Source of the DNA: Candidatus Saccharimonadales bacterium
GTDB taxonomy: Bacteria; Patescibacteriota; Saccharimonadia; Saccharimonadales; JBBQAJ01
Length of the DNA stretch: 64,000 nucleotides
Assembly: GCA_038206875.1 (NCBI GenBank)
Contig: JBBRAK010000001.1
Coordinates: 67,925 to 131,924, forward strand
Direction of reading: 5' to 3'
Positions within the stretch are counted from its first letter, which is position 1, and every line of letters starts with the position of its first letter. The notes under the pieces are model-generated. The model was given only the letters and a program-made list of their open reading frames with translations. It was not told where the DNA came from and did not search any database. The position numbers were made by a program, and so were the translations under genes. Shown piece after piece: positions 47,300 through 55,756 of this stretch.

Positions 47300-47895
47300 T
47301 ATAAGTAAATCTCTGTGGCATTCTTGAACCCAAGGCTGGTATCCATCGTGAACTCTTGGCGCCCCATTCTAGGCTCAATATCAACATACCAGAACTTGGG
47401 AGGTTCTTGTGGTGCGGTGACTTTTACGCCAAAGACTACCTGTTCTAAATTGATGTCTCCATATTCATCATCCAGGTTGTGAGCGACTTCAGAAAAGAAT
47501 TGATCAGCTCCAGCAGTAAAAGCCTCGATAGATTCTGGCGGTATGGGCTCGGTAATCGGAATGATGGTTTCCACTTCTGATACTAGCAAGAAGCCATCAG
47601 GCACTATATTTTCTATTAGCCTGCGGTCTGTTTCAATCTTTGGAGTATCTTCGCATAATACCCAAGTGTATTCTACAACTCCGACTGCACATAATTCACC
47701 AATATGCTCAAAAACTTGATCTGCTCTCTGAAGTCGAGTTTTTAATGATTCTTTTCGACCCGAAGTTCTAACTACGCGAACAAAATTGGGTTTTTCGCCG
47801 GCGCTTGCTACCTCTTCGTATTGTGCTTTTTTGTATAGAACATCATCAGATGGGTACACCGGCAAATCTAAGCCGTGGTGTCTTACATAAATCAT
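47299..47895 (-). CDS. Orphan protein, possible kinase-like fold remnant
   Basis: 198 aa; YGDINLEQVVFG...WYVDIEP loosely resembles HGD..N...D motifs. Confidence 0.6.
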   Translation of the reverse strand: MIYVRHHGLDLPVYPSDDVLYKKAQYEEVASAGEKPNFVRVVRTSGRKESLKTRLQRADQVFEHIGELCAVGVVEYTWVLCEDTPKIETDRRLIENIVPDGFLLVSEVETIIPITEPIPPESIEAFTAGADQFFSEVAHNLDDEYGDINLEQVVFGVKVTAPQEPPKFWYVDIEPRMGRQEFTMDTSLGFKNATEIYL

Positions 47896-47913
47896 AGTCG
47901 TAGACTTATTCGG

Positions 47914-48945
47914 CTATTCAGCTAAGGCGTAGGTGGCTTTGGCTACTCGTTTGAACTGTTGCTTGCCTTGTAGGTTCAGCAAAATTGTGGTTTCTTTTAC
48001 GTAGCGGCTTTTTAGAACTAATTTAACAATTTCGTCTCTGTGAAGAGGCTGGTTGGCTTTTTTAAGTACCTCGGTGATTATGTCAGCGACTGTTCCCTTG
48101 CTGTATCCCCATTCTTTTAGGGCGTATATTCCCCGCCCTATCAGGACAAATCTTTTGTCTTTGATAAGCTCGTTGTGAATTGCCTGAGTTGTCACATCTT
48201 TTCGTTTGAAATCACTTCCTTTGATAGCTTCGCCAATCTCATTGAAGTGCATATGTTTGCCGTACTCTTTCAAAATAACGTATATTTTATCTCTGATGTT
48301 CTTGGGGTTGACCATTGGCCACTTGATAAGTCCCCATCGGCCATTTAGGGTTGCAAGTGACTTTGATATGCTTGCAAGAGCTGCGACATGTTTGATGTTG
48401 TTTATGCCAGCTTCTTTAGCTATGTTTTCAATAACATCGGGTTCGCCAATCTTTTTGACAGCAGCTACTACTTGTTCCACCATTTTTTTAACTTTCTTTT
48501 CGTCATGGACAGTTTTGTATGCAACAGCAAGAAAATAGTTGTCGTTGTCGTCAATCACTACAAGTTTGGGGCTTAACTGAGCTAGAAATGAAACTCGAGA
48601 TTGATCAACTCGGGTATTTTCTTTGTTCAATTTTGCACTTAGGTCTGAAACTCTAGCTACATCACCCATGTTTCCAAGTAGTTCTATAAAGGCATCTTGA
48701 ATCATTGCAATATGTGGTAACTGTCCGCTATCAGCGTTGGCTTTTAGCTTGGTTACAACGGCTTTTTCAAGTTGTCTAACGCGTTCCCTGGTGATGCCCA
48801 GTAATTCCCCAATTTGTTCCAGCGTTTCTTTGCGATCAAACAAACCAAAGCGTCTAGAGATAATTTCTCTTTCGCGTTCACGTTCGATTGTACCAAGTAC
48901 ATCTGTAACGATTTTTTCGATTTGTAGTTTTGCTGCTTCTGGCAT
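47914..48945 (-). CDS. Sigma70 region-4 HTH fused to tandem HARE-HTH (RNAP delta-like) domains
   Basis: RRFGL...ETLEQIGELLGITRERVRQLE; C-terminal VILKEYGKHMHFNEI...FVLIGRGIYALKEW and EVLKKANQPLHRDEI. Confidence 0.85.
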   Translation of the reverse strand: MPEAAKLQIEKIVTDVLGTIEREREREIISRRFGLFDRKETLEQIGELLGITRERVRQLEKAVVTKLKANADSGQLPHIAMIQDAFIELLGNMGDVARVSDLSAKLNKENTRVDQSRVSFLAQLSPKLVVIDDNDNYFLAVAYKTVHDEKKVKKMVEQVVAAVKKIGEPDVIENIAKEAGINNIKHVAALASISKSLATLNGRWGLIKWPMVNPKNIRDKIYVILKEYGKHMHFNEIGEAIKGSDFKRKDVTTQAIHNELIKDKRFVLIGRGIYALKEWGYSKGTVADIITEVLKKANQPLHRDEIVKLVLKSRYVKETTILLNLQGKQQFKRVAKATYALAE

Positions 48946-48991
48946 GGTGATTTTCTCTCGTATATTACAGTTTATATGTAACTATAGTATT

Positions 48992-49020
48992 ATTCTAAAA
49001 CACAAAGTCCTAAAAGTCAA
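48992..49020 (-). promoter_or_regulatory. sigma70 promoter TTGACT-17-TAGAAT
   Basis: Hexamers 49020-49015 and 48997-48992. Confidence 0.6.
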
Positions 49021-49120
49021 TACCTTTCCAACTAAGTATAATTATAGCATGAAATAGACTATGTTACTTTAAAAATGGTGTAGAATTATCATTACAAAAC
49101 AACTTGCCAAGATACAAAAT

Positions 49121-49129
49121 TGTGGATAA
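49121..49129 (-). promoter_or_regulatory. DnaA box
   Basis: TGTGGATAA just downstream of the topA stop. Confidence 0.5.
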
Positions 49130-49132
49130 ACA

Positions 49133-51418
49133 CTACTTCTTTGTGCGTCGGATGAAGCGTTTCTTTTTGGCCGGGGCTTTGGCTATCATTTCTTTGGCTT
49201 GGTCTTCTGTTATTTTAGTTGCGTCTATATCCTTAGCAATTCGGGCATTCTTTTTGCCATCTGTAACATATGGGCCGTACGGCCCGTTTACGATGTTAAT
49301 TCCGTTTTTGAATTGAGCAATGTATTTGTTGGCTTCTTTTTCTAGTTTTTCGTCATAAAGTACTCGGGCCTCTTCTTCGGTGATTTTGAACGGATCGTGT
49401 GGTTTTATAGAAACAAACAACTTTTCGACTACTATATATGGTCCAAACCGACCAATATTTGATTTGATTTCTTTACCATCTACGGTATTGCCAACAAGTC
49501 TTGGTAGTTTGAACATCTCAAGCGCTTGCTCGAAAGTCACATCTTCTAGTGCTACGCCCTCGGGCATGGGTGCGAAGTCTGGTTTTTCTTCGCTCTCGGT
49601 TTCTCCTCTTTGTAGCATGGCGCCGTAACGACCGTATCTTGCGATTATTGGTTTGCCTGATTTGGGGTCATCGCCTAATTTTCTTGCCTGGCTTGTTTCT
49701 TCTCTGCTTACGTCGGCAGATTTTTCTACAAGTGGGTGAAATTCTTTGTAAAAATTTGTCAACATCTGTTCCCAAGACTCTTTGCCTTCGGCTATGTCAT
49801 CAAATTCTTGCTCCACCTTTGCTGTGAAATCATAGTCCAAAACTGTGCCGAAGTGTTTGACTAAAAAGTCTGTTGTAACGCTTGCAACAGATGTTGGGAG
49901 AAGTTTGTTTTTGTCTGCACCCACTGTCACAATTGAATCAACTGTCTGGACGTTTGAGCCCTTGAGCTCCAATACTTTTATAGTACGCTCTACTCCCTCT
50001 AAGTCGGCCTTTTCTATGTATCCACGGGTTTGGATTGTACCTATCGTAGGAGCGTAGGTGCTTGGGCGACCTATGCCGAGTTCCTCTAATTTTTTGACGA
50101 GGCTGGCTTCGCTATACCGGGCTGGTGGGCGGTTGAAGGTTTCTGTTGCTGTGATGGTTTTTCTGTCAACAGATTGGCTGTCTTTTAACGGTGGTAAAAT
50201 AACATCATCCTTGCCTCCACCATAAACTTTGAAAAACCCGTCAAATTTCAATATTTCGCCTTTGGCAACAAATAATTCTGGACGATTGCTGATTGATATG
50301 TTGACTTCAGTTCGGTCAACTTCCGCTTGTGCCATTTGACTGGCCAGTGCCCTGCGCCAAATAAGACCGTAAAGTTTCTTTTGCTGTTCGTCAGAGCCTG
50401 CACTTAGCTTACTAAAGTTTGTGGGTCTAATTGCCTCGTGGGCTTCTTGGGCACTAGAGTTTTTGGTTTTGTACTGACGTACTTGCCAGTATTTGTCCCC
50501 GTATTCTTTTTTGATGAATTCTTCGGCAGATTTGATTGCTTGTCCAGAAAGGATCGTACTGTCGGTACGCATATAAGTGATGTCGCCGTTTTCATATAAG
50601 CGTTGTGCCAAGGTCATTGTTTGGCGTACGCCAAAACCCAATTTGCGGGCAGCTTCCTGCTGAAGTGTGCTAGTGGTAAAAGGCGCAGAAGGACTGCGAC
50701 TACCTGGTTTCTTGTCTATGCTGGTAATTTTATATGTGGCGGTTATAACATCGTTCAGGAATTTTTCAGCCGTTAGAATGCTGACTAAGCGATTGTTGAG
50801 TTCAGCTTCAAACTCATAGTCACTTGATGTAAATTTGCCAATTGCTTTGTAGTTACTCTCTGCCTCAAATTGTTTGATTTCACGTTCACGTTCAACGATC
50901 AGACGTACTGCGACAGATTGCACACGACCAGCTGATAGCCCTGTGCGAATTTTTTTCCAAAGTACGGGGCTTAGCTCGTATCCAACTAAGCGGTCTAAAA
51001 TTCTTCTTGCTTGCTGAGCCTCGACGAGCTTTATATCAACCGTTCGGGGGTTTTTGACTGCTGCTTCGATGGCAGATTTGGTGATTTCATGAAAAACAAT
51101 TCGTTTTGTCTCGGATGGGTTTAGTCCCAGTGCTTCACATAAATGCCAAGCGATTGCTTCGCCCTCGCGGTCTTCATCACTTGCCAGCCAAACTGTTGCA
51201 CCCTTAGATGCTGTTTTGAGTTCTCTGACAACTTTTGCTTTGTCGTCTGGCACCGCATAAGTTGGTGCAAATTTGTTGGAAATATCAATGTTAAGGCCCT
51301 TTTTTGGCAAATCACGTATGTGACCAAAGCTACTTTTTACGCTATAGTCTTTGCCCAGAAATTTCTCAATAGTTTTAGCTTTTGCTGGGGACTCAACTAT
51401 AACTAAATTTTTTGCCAT
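49133..51418 (-). CDS. topA: DNA topoisomerase I (C-terminal repeats, no Zn fingers)
   Basis: LVIVESPAKAKTI, DEDREGE, SAGRVQS, ITYMRTDS, GIGRPSTYA, GRYG/GRFGPY/GPYGPY repeats. Confidence 0.98.
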   Translation of the reverse strand: MAKNLVIVESPAKAKTIEKFLGKDYSVKSSFGHIRDLPKKGLNIDISNKFAPTYAVPDDKAKVVRELKTASKGATVWLASDEDREGEAIAWHLCEALGLNPSETKRIVFHEITKSAIEAAVKNPRTVDIKLVEAQQARRILDRLVGYELSPVLWKKIRTGLSAGRVQSVAVRLIVEREREIKQFEAESNYKAIGKFTSSDYEFEAELNNRLVSILTAEKFLNDVITATYKITSIDKKPGSRSPSAPFTTSTLQQEAARKLGFGVRQTMTLAQRLYENGDITYMRTDSTILSGQAIKSAEEFIKKEYGDKYWQVRQYKTKNSSAQEAHEAIRPTNFSKLSAGSDEQQKKLYGLIWRRALASQMAQAEVDRTEVNISISNRPELFVAKGEILKFDGFFKVYGGGKDDVILPPLKDSQSVDRKTITATETFNRPPARYSEASLVKKLEELGIGRPSTYAPTIGTIQTRGYIEKADLEGVERTIKVLELKGSNVQTVDSIVTVGADKNKLLPTSVASVTTDFLVKHFGTVLDYDFTAKVEQEFDDIAEGKESWEQMLTNFYKEFHPLVEKSADVSREETSQARKLGDDPKSGKPIIARYGRYGAMLQRGETESEEKPDFAPMPEGVALEDVTFEQALEMFKLPRLVGNTVDGKEIKSNIGRFGPYIVVEKLFVSIKPHDPFKITEEEARVLYDEKLEKEANKYIAQFKNGINIVNGPYGPYVTDGKKNARIAKDIDATKITEDQAKEMIAKAPAKKKRFIRRTKK

Positions 51419-51487
51419 ATCGCTTAAGTATACCTTTATTCTTATATATACAAATGGTAAGACTAAAGCATTATTCCCTCAAAAGCA

Positions 51488-51547
51488 AATTCACAAAATC
51501 CACACTTCAAAAGGTCCGACCTTTTACAGAGAGGGAAAATGTGATTT
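51488..51547. repeat. 60-bp dispersed palindromic repeat, copy 2
   Basis: Near-identical to 19298-19357, same orientation. Confidence 0.85.
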
Positions 51548-51716
51548 ATAGATTTGAGATTTTGTAGCCGGCGTAGATACCTGCGAAAGAACCTACGGTT
51601 CCAAGGAAAAATGTCCAAAAACCTAGTCCATTACCGTGATCCACTGCTGAGCCAATCAGGCCGCCGACGGTTGAACCCACAAAAATACCTAGGTATATCA
51701 TGCGTTTTGTTTCCAT
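51546..51716 (-). CDS. 56-aa glycine-zipper-like 2-TM protein (below ORF-track cutoff)
   Basis: METKRMIYLGIFVGSTVGGLIGSAVDHGNGLGFWTFFLGTVGSFAGIYAGYKISNL*. Confidence 0.75.
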   Translation of the reverse strand: METKRMIYLGIFVGSTVGGLIGSAVDHGNGLGFWTFFLGTVGSFAGIYAGYKISNL

Positions 51717-51759
51717 GATTTTAGCTTACATCAGATAGAGTCTTGTTGACAGCTTTTGG

Positions 51760-52617
51760 TTATTTTATGGCCCACTGCGCAGAGCCAAGTGGGCGGATTT
51801 TCCCCGTGATTTCTAGCATGGTCATAGTTTGGCTGAACTGTTCTGGAGGAAGTTCGCTAGATTTTTGAAGTTCATTTATGTCTGTTATCCCACGCTTCAT
51901 AAGTTCTAAAATTATAGCTTCTTCTGCATTGGCTCCCATAACAGATACATTTGTCGTCCCAGATTCAAGATTTAGTGCGGATAAGATGTCATTTACGTCT
52001 GTAACGGGTACCGCGCCGGTTTTGATTAGGTTGTTGGTCCCTGCGCTGTTACCGCTAGTAATGTTGCCAGGAACAGCCATGACTACCTTTCCCTGTTCTA
52101 GAGCAAAGTTGGCAGTATGTAGTGAACCACTACGTTCGGTTGCTTCAGTGATGAGCAGTCCGTCACTGAGACCTGAAACCAGCCTGTTGCGTGCCACGAA
52201 ATTTTGCTTGAGTCCCGGAGTTCCTTCTGGATATTCACTTATGATTGCTCCACCGAGCTCTAATATCTTTAGTGCTAAACTGCGATTCGAGGACGGCTGG
52301 ATTGTGTCCAAGCCGTTAGCAAGTACTGCGATTGTATATCCACCTTGCTGAGTTGCAGCACGGTGAGCCAATGCGTCTACTCCAAGGGCTAATCCGCTAA
52401 CAATCGCGATTCCACGCCTAGTAAGTTCCTCCGCAAGTCGTGTGGTAGTTTGCTGACCGTACGGAGTAACTGCCCTACTGCCGACTATTCCAACGACTTT
52501 GGTGTGTTTTAGGGGTTTTAAATCGCCAAGTACATAAAGCAATTTCGGTGAACTGGGGATGTTTTTTAGGGCCGTTGGAAATAATTTGTCATTTTGGGTA
52601 ACTTTATTGATTTTCAC
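51760..52617 (-). CDS. dprA: DNA processing protein DprA
   Basis: VGIVGSR, VSGLALGVDALAH, FVARNRLVSGLS, SGSLHTA, AVPG, C-terminal wHTH. Confidence 0.96.
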   Translation of the reverse strand: MKINKVTQNDKLFPTALKNIPSSPKLLYVLGDLKPLKHTKVVGIVGSRAVTPYGQQTTTRLAEELTRRGIAIVSGLALGVDALAHRAATQQGGYTIAVLANGLDTIQPSSNRSLALKILELGGAIISEYPEGTPGLKQNFVARNRLVSGLSDGLLITEATERSGSLHTANFALEQGKVVMAVPGNITSGNSAGTNNLIKTGAVPVTDVNDILSALNLESGTTNVSVMGANAEEAIILELMKRGITDINELQKSSELPPEQFSQTMTMLEITGKIRPLGSAQWAIK

Positions 52618-52636
52618 ACAAGTTCCTATTCAGGTA

Positions 52637-52665
52637 TTGACATAATGTAATGTATTTGCTAAAAT
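52637..52665 (+). promoter_or_regulatory. Near-consensus sigma70 promoter TTGACA-17-TAAAAT, divergent from dprA
   Basis: Hexamers 52637-52642 and 52660-52665 with TG extension. Confidence 0.75.
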
Positions 52666-52671
52666 AGCAAT

Positions 52672-53025
52672 TCTAAGTCCCGATTCGTCGGAATTTATGC
52701 ACCTTATACCCTATTCTAACACTCCCGTTAATTCGGGATAAATTGTTAGATTGTTTTAGAGTCTTAGATACAAAGTTGTTACCCTCCACTTTTCGTCTTT
52801 GTTCACTCTCGGGTGAGCAGGCTCTAAAACAAACTAACCCCTTTAAACTACCAATTCATTAGCGAGTCCGCAAGATTTCTGCCCCGGCAGAAAGCACGTG
52901 TCCGTAGGCACTCTCGTAGACATCGATGCTTCGCGGGTGGGTTTGAAGGGTGTAATTGGGAGATGATGTATTCGTCTCCAAAAATGAACCACCAGCGGTG
53001 CCCACCCCCTCTGGTGGTTCTTTTT
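52672..53025 (+). ncRNA. Unassigned structured non-coding RNA candidate of about 350 nt
   Basis: Own promoter and terminator, no credible ORF, many stems with G-U pairs on the + strand. Confidence 0.6.
52986..53025 (+). terminator. Intrinsic terminator
   Basis: GAACCACCAG/CTGGTGGTTC followed by TTTTT. Confidence 0.75.
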
Positions 53026-53034
53026 ATTGAGATG

Positions 53035-53145
53035 TGCCCACCAACCCATAATTTTCTGCTGAAAATTTGGCCTGGCCCGCCTCAGCGCCGACGCGCTTCC
53101 GGCCACGCAGACTGCCGCCAGGGCAGTCCTCATCCTCTGTAGGCT
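53035..53145 (-). repeat. GC-rich palindromic REP/MITE-like element downstream of pth
   Basis: AATTTTC-TGCT-GAAAATT, TGGCC/GGCCA, GACTGCC/GGCAGTC hairpins. Confidence 0.45.
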
Positions 53146-53150
53146 CTTTT

Positions 53151-53792
53151 TTATACTAGGAAATTTCGAGTTTCGGGGTTGAGGGTTCCGCTGTGGATAT
53201 ACTCAGTTATGATTGAAGATGATTCTTGGAGTAGATTTTTTAGCTGTTTTTGTTCGTTGTCGTTAAATTTGGCTAACACAAAGTCTGCGCTATCCATGGT
53301 AGAGGGTTTTTTGGGTCCGACACCTACGCGGACTCTGCCAAAACCTTCGCCAATGTGTTGCACGAGTGATTTGATGCCATTGTGACCGGCATCAGAGCCA
53401 CCCACACGGGTGCGGATTTGGCCAAAATCTATGTCTAGTTCGTCGTGAATGACTATTATATTGGAGGGTTTGATTTTGTAAAAATGAGCCACGGCTTGGA
53501 CTGCTTCGCCACTGTTGTTCATAAAAGTGGTTGGTTTGCACAAAATAACCCTGGAGTCGCCTACATTGCCCGTTGTTTCGACAATTTTTAAATCTTTCTT
53601 GTTGGCCCAATTGTCAATTCCCTGACTTACCGCTAAGGCGTCTATGCAATCAAACCCTATGTTATGTCGAGTCCCGGTATACTTTTTCCCAACATTTCCT
53701 AGTCCCACAACCAAGATAGATTTATTTAAGCCCAAACTGTAAATGGGTATATTACTTCCCCCAGCGTCCGGTTTTCTTTGAAACAATGCCAT
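53151..53792 (-). CDS. pth: Peptidyl-tRNA hydrolase
   Basis: VGLGN...YTGTRHNIGF, KPTTFMNNSG, HDELD, GHNGIKS. Confidence 0.97.
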   Translation of the reverse strand: MALFQRKPDAGGSNIPIYSLGLNKSILVVGLGNVGKKYTGTRHNIGFDCIDALAVSQGIDNWANKKDLKIVETTGNVGDSRVILCKPTTFMNNSGEAVQAVAHFYKIKPSNIIVIHDELDIDFGQIRTRVGGSDAGHNGIKSLVQHIGEGFGRVRVGVGPKKPSTMDSADFVLAKFNDNEQKQLKNLLQESSSIITEYIHSGTLNPETRNFLV

Positions 53793-53869
53793 GCGGTTAG
53801 TCTAGCAGACAAACTTGTGTTCTGGTATTTCAGAGGAGTATACTATGCCCCTATTTAGGAGATGATGAG

Positions 53870-54337
53870 ATGTCGACGCTTGAAGTTGGGAAGTTTGAGA
53901 TTGTTACACCCATATTGACAGTTTTGGGTGACGAGGAACTTCGGATGCCTGAGCCAGGTGAGGTTCTTTTGGCGCATGGCATAACAATTGGTGAAGATCG
54001 AGAAACTAAGATGGGTAAACTTGTGCTATCCCCGAAACCCGTAATGATTGAAGGACCTTTTACTTCATGGCATTATGATATGATTCACACCCAGGCCCAT
54101 CTTACGGAAGAGGGCGAGCTTGAAATAAAGCTCGCAGGAATTAAGGGTGAACTGCTTACGCCTAAACAAGTTGGAGAGTTGTCCGAGGCACTTGATTCGG
54201 TAGCACTAAAAGTTGATATTTTTGCCACTGATTTGTTAGTGTTTAACGGTTTTAGAGCTGGAATGCCGATTGCTCACAGTGTACTCACAAAATCTGCTTC
54301 AAGACGTTCACATTTCTTCCCTATACAAATATCGTAA
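53870..54337 (+). CDS. Orphan hypothetical protein
   Basis: 155 aa, AGGAG SD, TATACT upstream. Confidence 0.6.
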   Translation: MSTLEVGKFEIVTPILTVLGDEELRMPEPGEVLLAHGITIGEDRETKMGKLVLSPKPVMIEGPFTSWHYDMIHTQAHLTEEGELEIKLAGIKGELLTPKQVGELSEALDSVALKVDIFATDLLVFNGFRAGMPIAHSVLTKSASRRSHFFPIQIS

Positions 54338-54342
54338 TCGGA

Positions 54343-55689
54343 TTACTCTTTGTCAGGTTTAGTGCCGTGTTTGTGAGTTTCGTGTTTTTCGAAAAACCAG
54401 AATTTTAGTGGGGTTCCAGAAAAACCGAACTTTTCACGGATGGTTCTGTCCATATAGCGTTTATAGCTCCAGTGCAAAAATTTGGTGCTGGCGCCGTAGA
54501 CTTTGAAGTTGGTGGGATTTTCTTTTTCCTGAACCATGTAGTTTAGTTTTGGGGTTCGGTTTTTGAGTCCTGCTGGGGGGTGTTTATCTGTGATTTCGCG
54601 TAGCCATCGGTTGAGCTCGGTTGTTTTGACCAATGTTTCTCGAGCATGAGCAATCTCTAGAACCAAATCAAACAGCTTGGTGACGTTTTGTCCTGTAACG
54701 CTACTGGTCAAAATGAGTGGTGCCCAGGGCACAAAATCATAATTATGTTTTATCTGGGGGGCTATGGCATCGCGGGTGAAGGCATCTTTGTCTAATAAAC
54801 TGTCCCATTTGCTGATTACTAACACCAGTCCCTTACCAGATTCTTTTATCATGCCGGCGATTTTTTGGTCGAGAGACACGTTTAGTTCATTGGCATCCAT
54901 GAGCATGAGGCATACGTCTGATTGTTCTATGGCTGAAAGACTGCGGATAACGCTAAATCGTTCGATTCCCTTTTCTATCTTGCCACTGCGTCTGATGCCG
55001 GCGGTGTCCATGATTTCAATCGTACGGCCTTGATATTTAACAGTTGCGCGGTTGATGTCACGTGTTGTCCCTGCCCTATCTGACACGATTGATTGCTGTT
55101 TTTTGGCTAAAGTATTAAATAAGGCTGATTTTCCGACATTTGGTCTACCCAGAATAGACACGTGAATAGCATCTATGTCGTCTGTTAATGTAGCACGAGG
55201 TATATGAATCACTAGTTCGTCTAGCAATTCTTCTATACCAGTACGTTGGGTACTGCTAGTCAGTAGGATTTGTTTTACACCTAGCCTTTCATAGTCTTTT
55301 GCTACGGCTTTTGGGGCTGTGTCGGCTTTGTTCACAACTAGGAATACTGGTTTTTTGGATTTCAGGGCCATTTTGGCTACTCGGCGATCCTCTTCGGTAA
55401 TTATTACGCCTGCTTCAATAACAACCCAGATTACGTCGGCACTGTCACTTGCCTGCTGAATTTGTTCCTGGATGGTAAATTCAAAATCATCTTCGGCTTC
55501 CTTGATGCCGGCGGTGTCCACAATCCAAAAATTTTGACCACGGTAATCGGCTTTGGCCATGATACTGTCTCGGGTCGTGCCGGCTTCGCGTGCAACAATC
55601 GCCTCTCGCCTTTCCAAAACTGCGTTGAACAGACTAGATTTGCCTACATTGGCACGCCCAACAATTGCGACTATAGGAAGCTTCTTCAT
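54343..55689 (-). CDS. der: Ribosome biogenesis GTPase Der/EngA
   Basis: Two G-domains GRANVGKS and GRPNVGKS, GTTRD, DTAG, KH-like C-terminus. Confidence 0.97.
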   Translation of the reverse strand: MKKLPIVAIVGRANVGKSSLFNAVLERREAIVAREAGTTRDSIMAKADYRGQNFWIVDTAGIKEAEDDFEFTIQEQIQQASDSADVIWVVIEAGVIITEEDRRVAKMALKSKKPVFLVVNKADTAPKAVAKDYERLGVKQILLTSSTQRTGIEELLDELVIHIPRATLTDDIDAIHVSILGRPNVGKSALFNTLAKKQQSIVSDRAGTTRDINRATVKYQGRTIEIMDTAGIRRSGKIEKGIERFSVIRSLSAIEQSDVCLMLMDANELNVSLDQKIAGMIKESGKGLVLVISKWDSLLDKDAFTRDAIAPQIKHNYDFVPWAPLILTSSVTGQNVTKLFDLVLEIAHARETLVKTTELNRWLREITDKHPPAGLKNRTPKLNYMVQEKENPTNFKVYGASTKFLHWSYKRYMDRTIREKFGFSGTPLKFWFFEKHETHKHGTKPDKE

Positions 55690-55756
55690 TTCATACAGTT
55701 TAACAGAGATAGGTGGTATTGACAATAGTGATATAATTATGCTAGAATATACCTCT

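Noticed and set aside
52753-52830. GTTTTAGAG / CTCTAAAAC resembling a type II-A CRISPR repeat or tracrRNA
   Set aside because: Only 9-10 nt match, arranged as one inverted pair; no direct-repeat array and no cas genes in the window.
52672-53025. Identification as tmRNA, RNase P RNA or SRP RNA
   Set aside because: No GGGG...CCA tRNA-like ends, no GAGGAAAGTCC, no CAGG..GGAAGCAGC motif seen on either strand.
52843-53133. 96-aa minus-strand ORF
   Set aside because: Runs through GC-rich palindromes and a terminator; no protein-like features.
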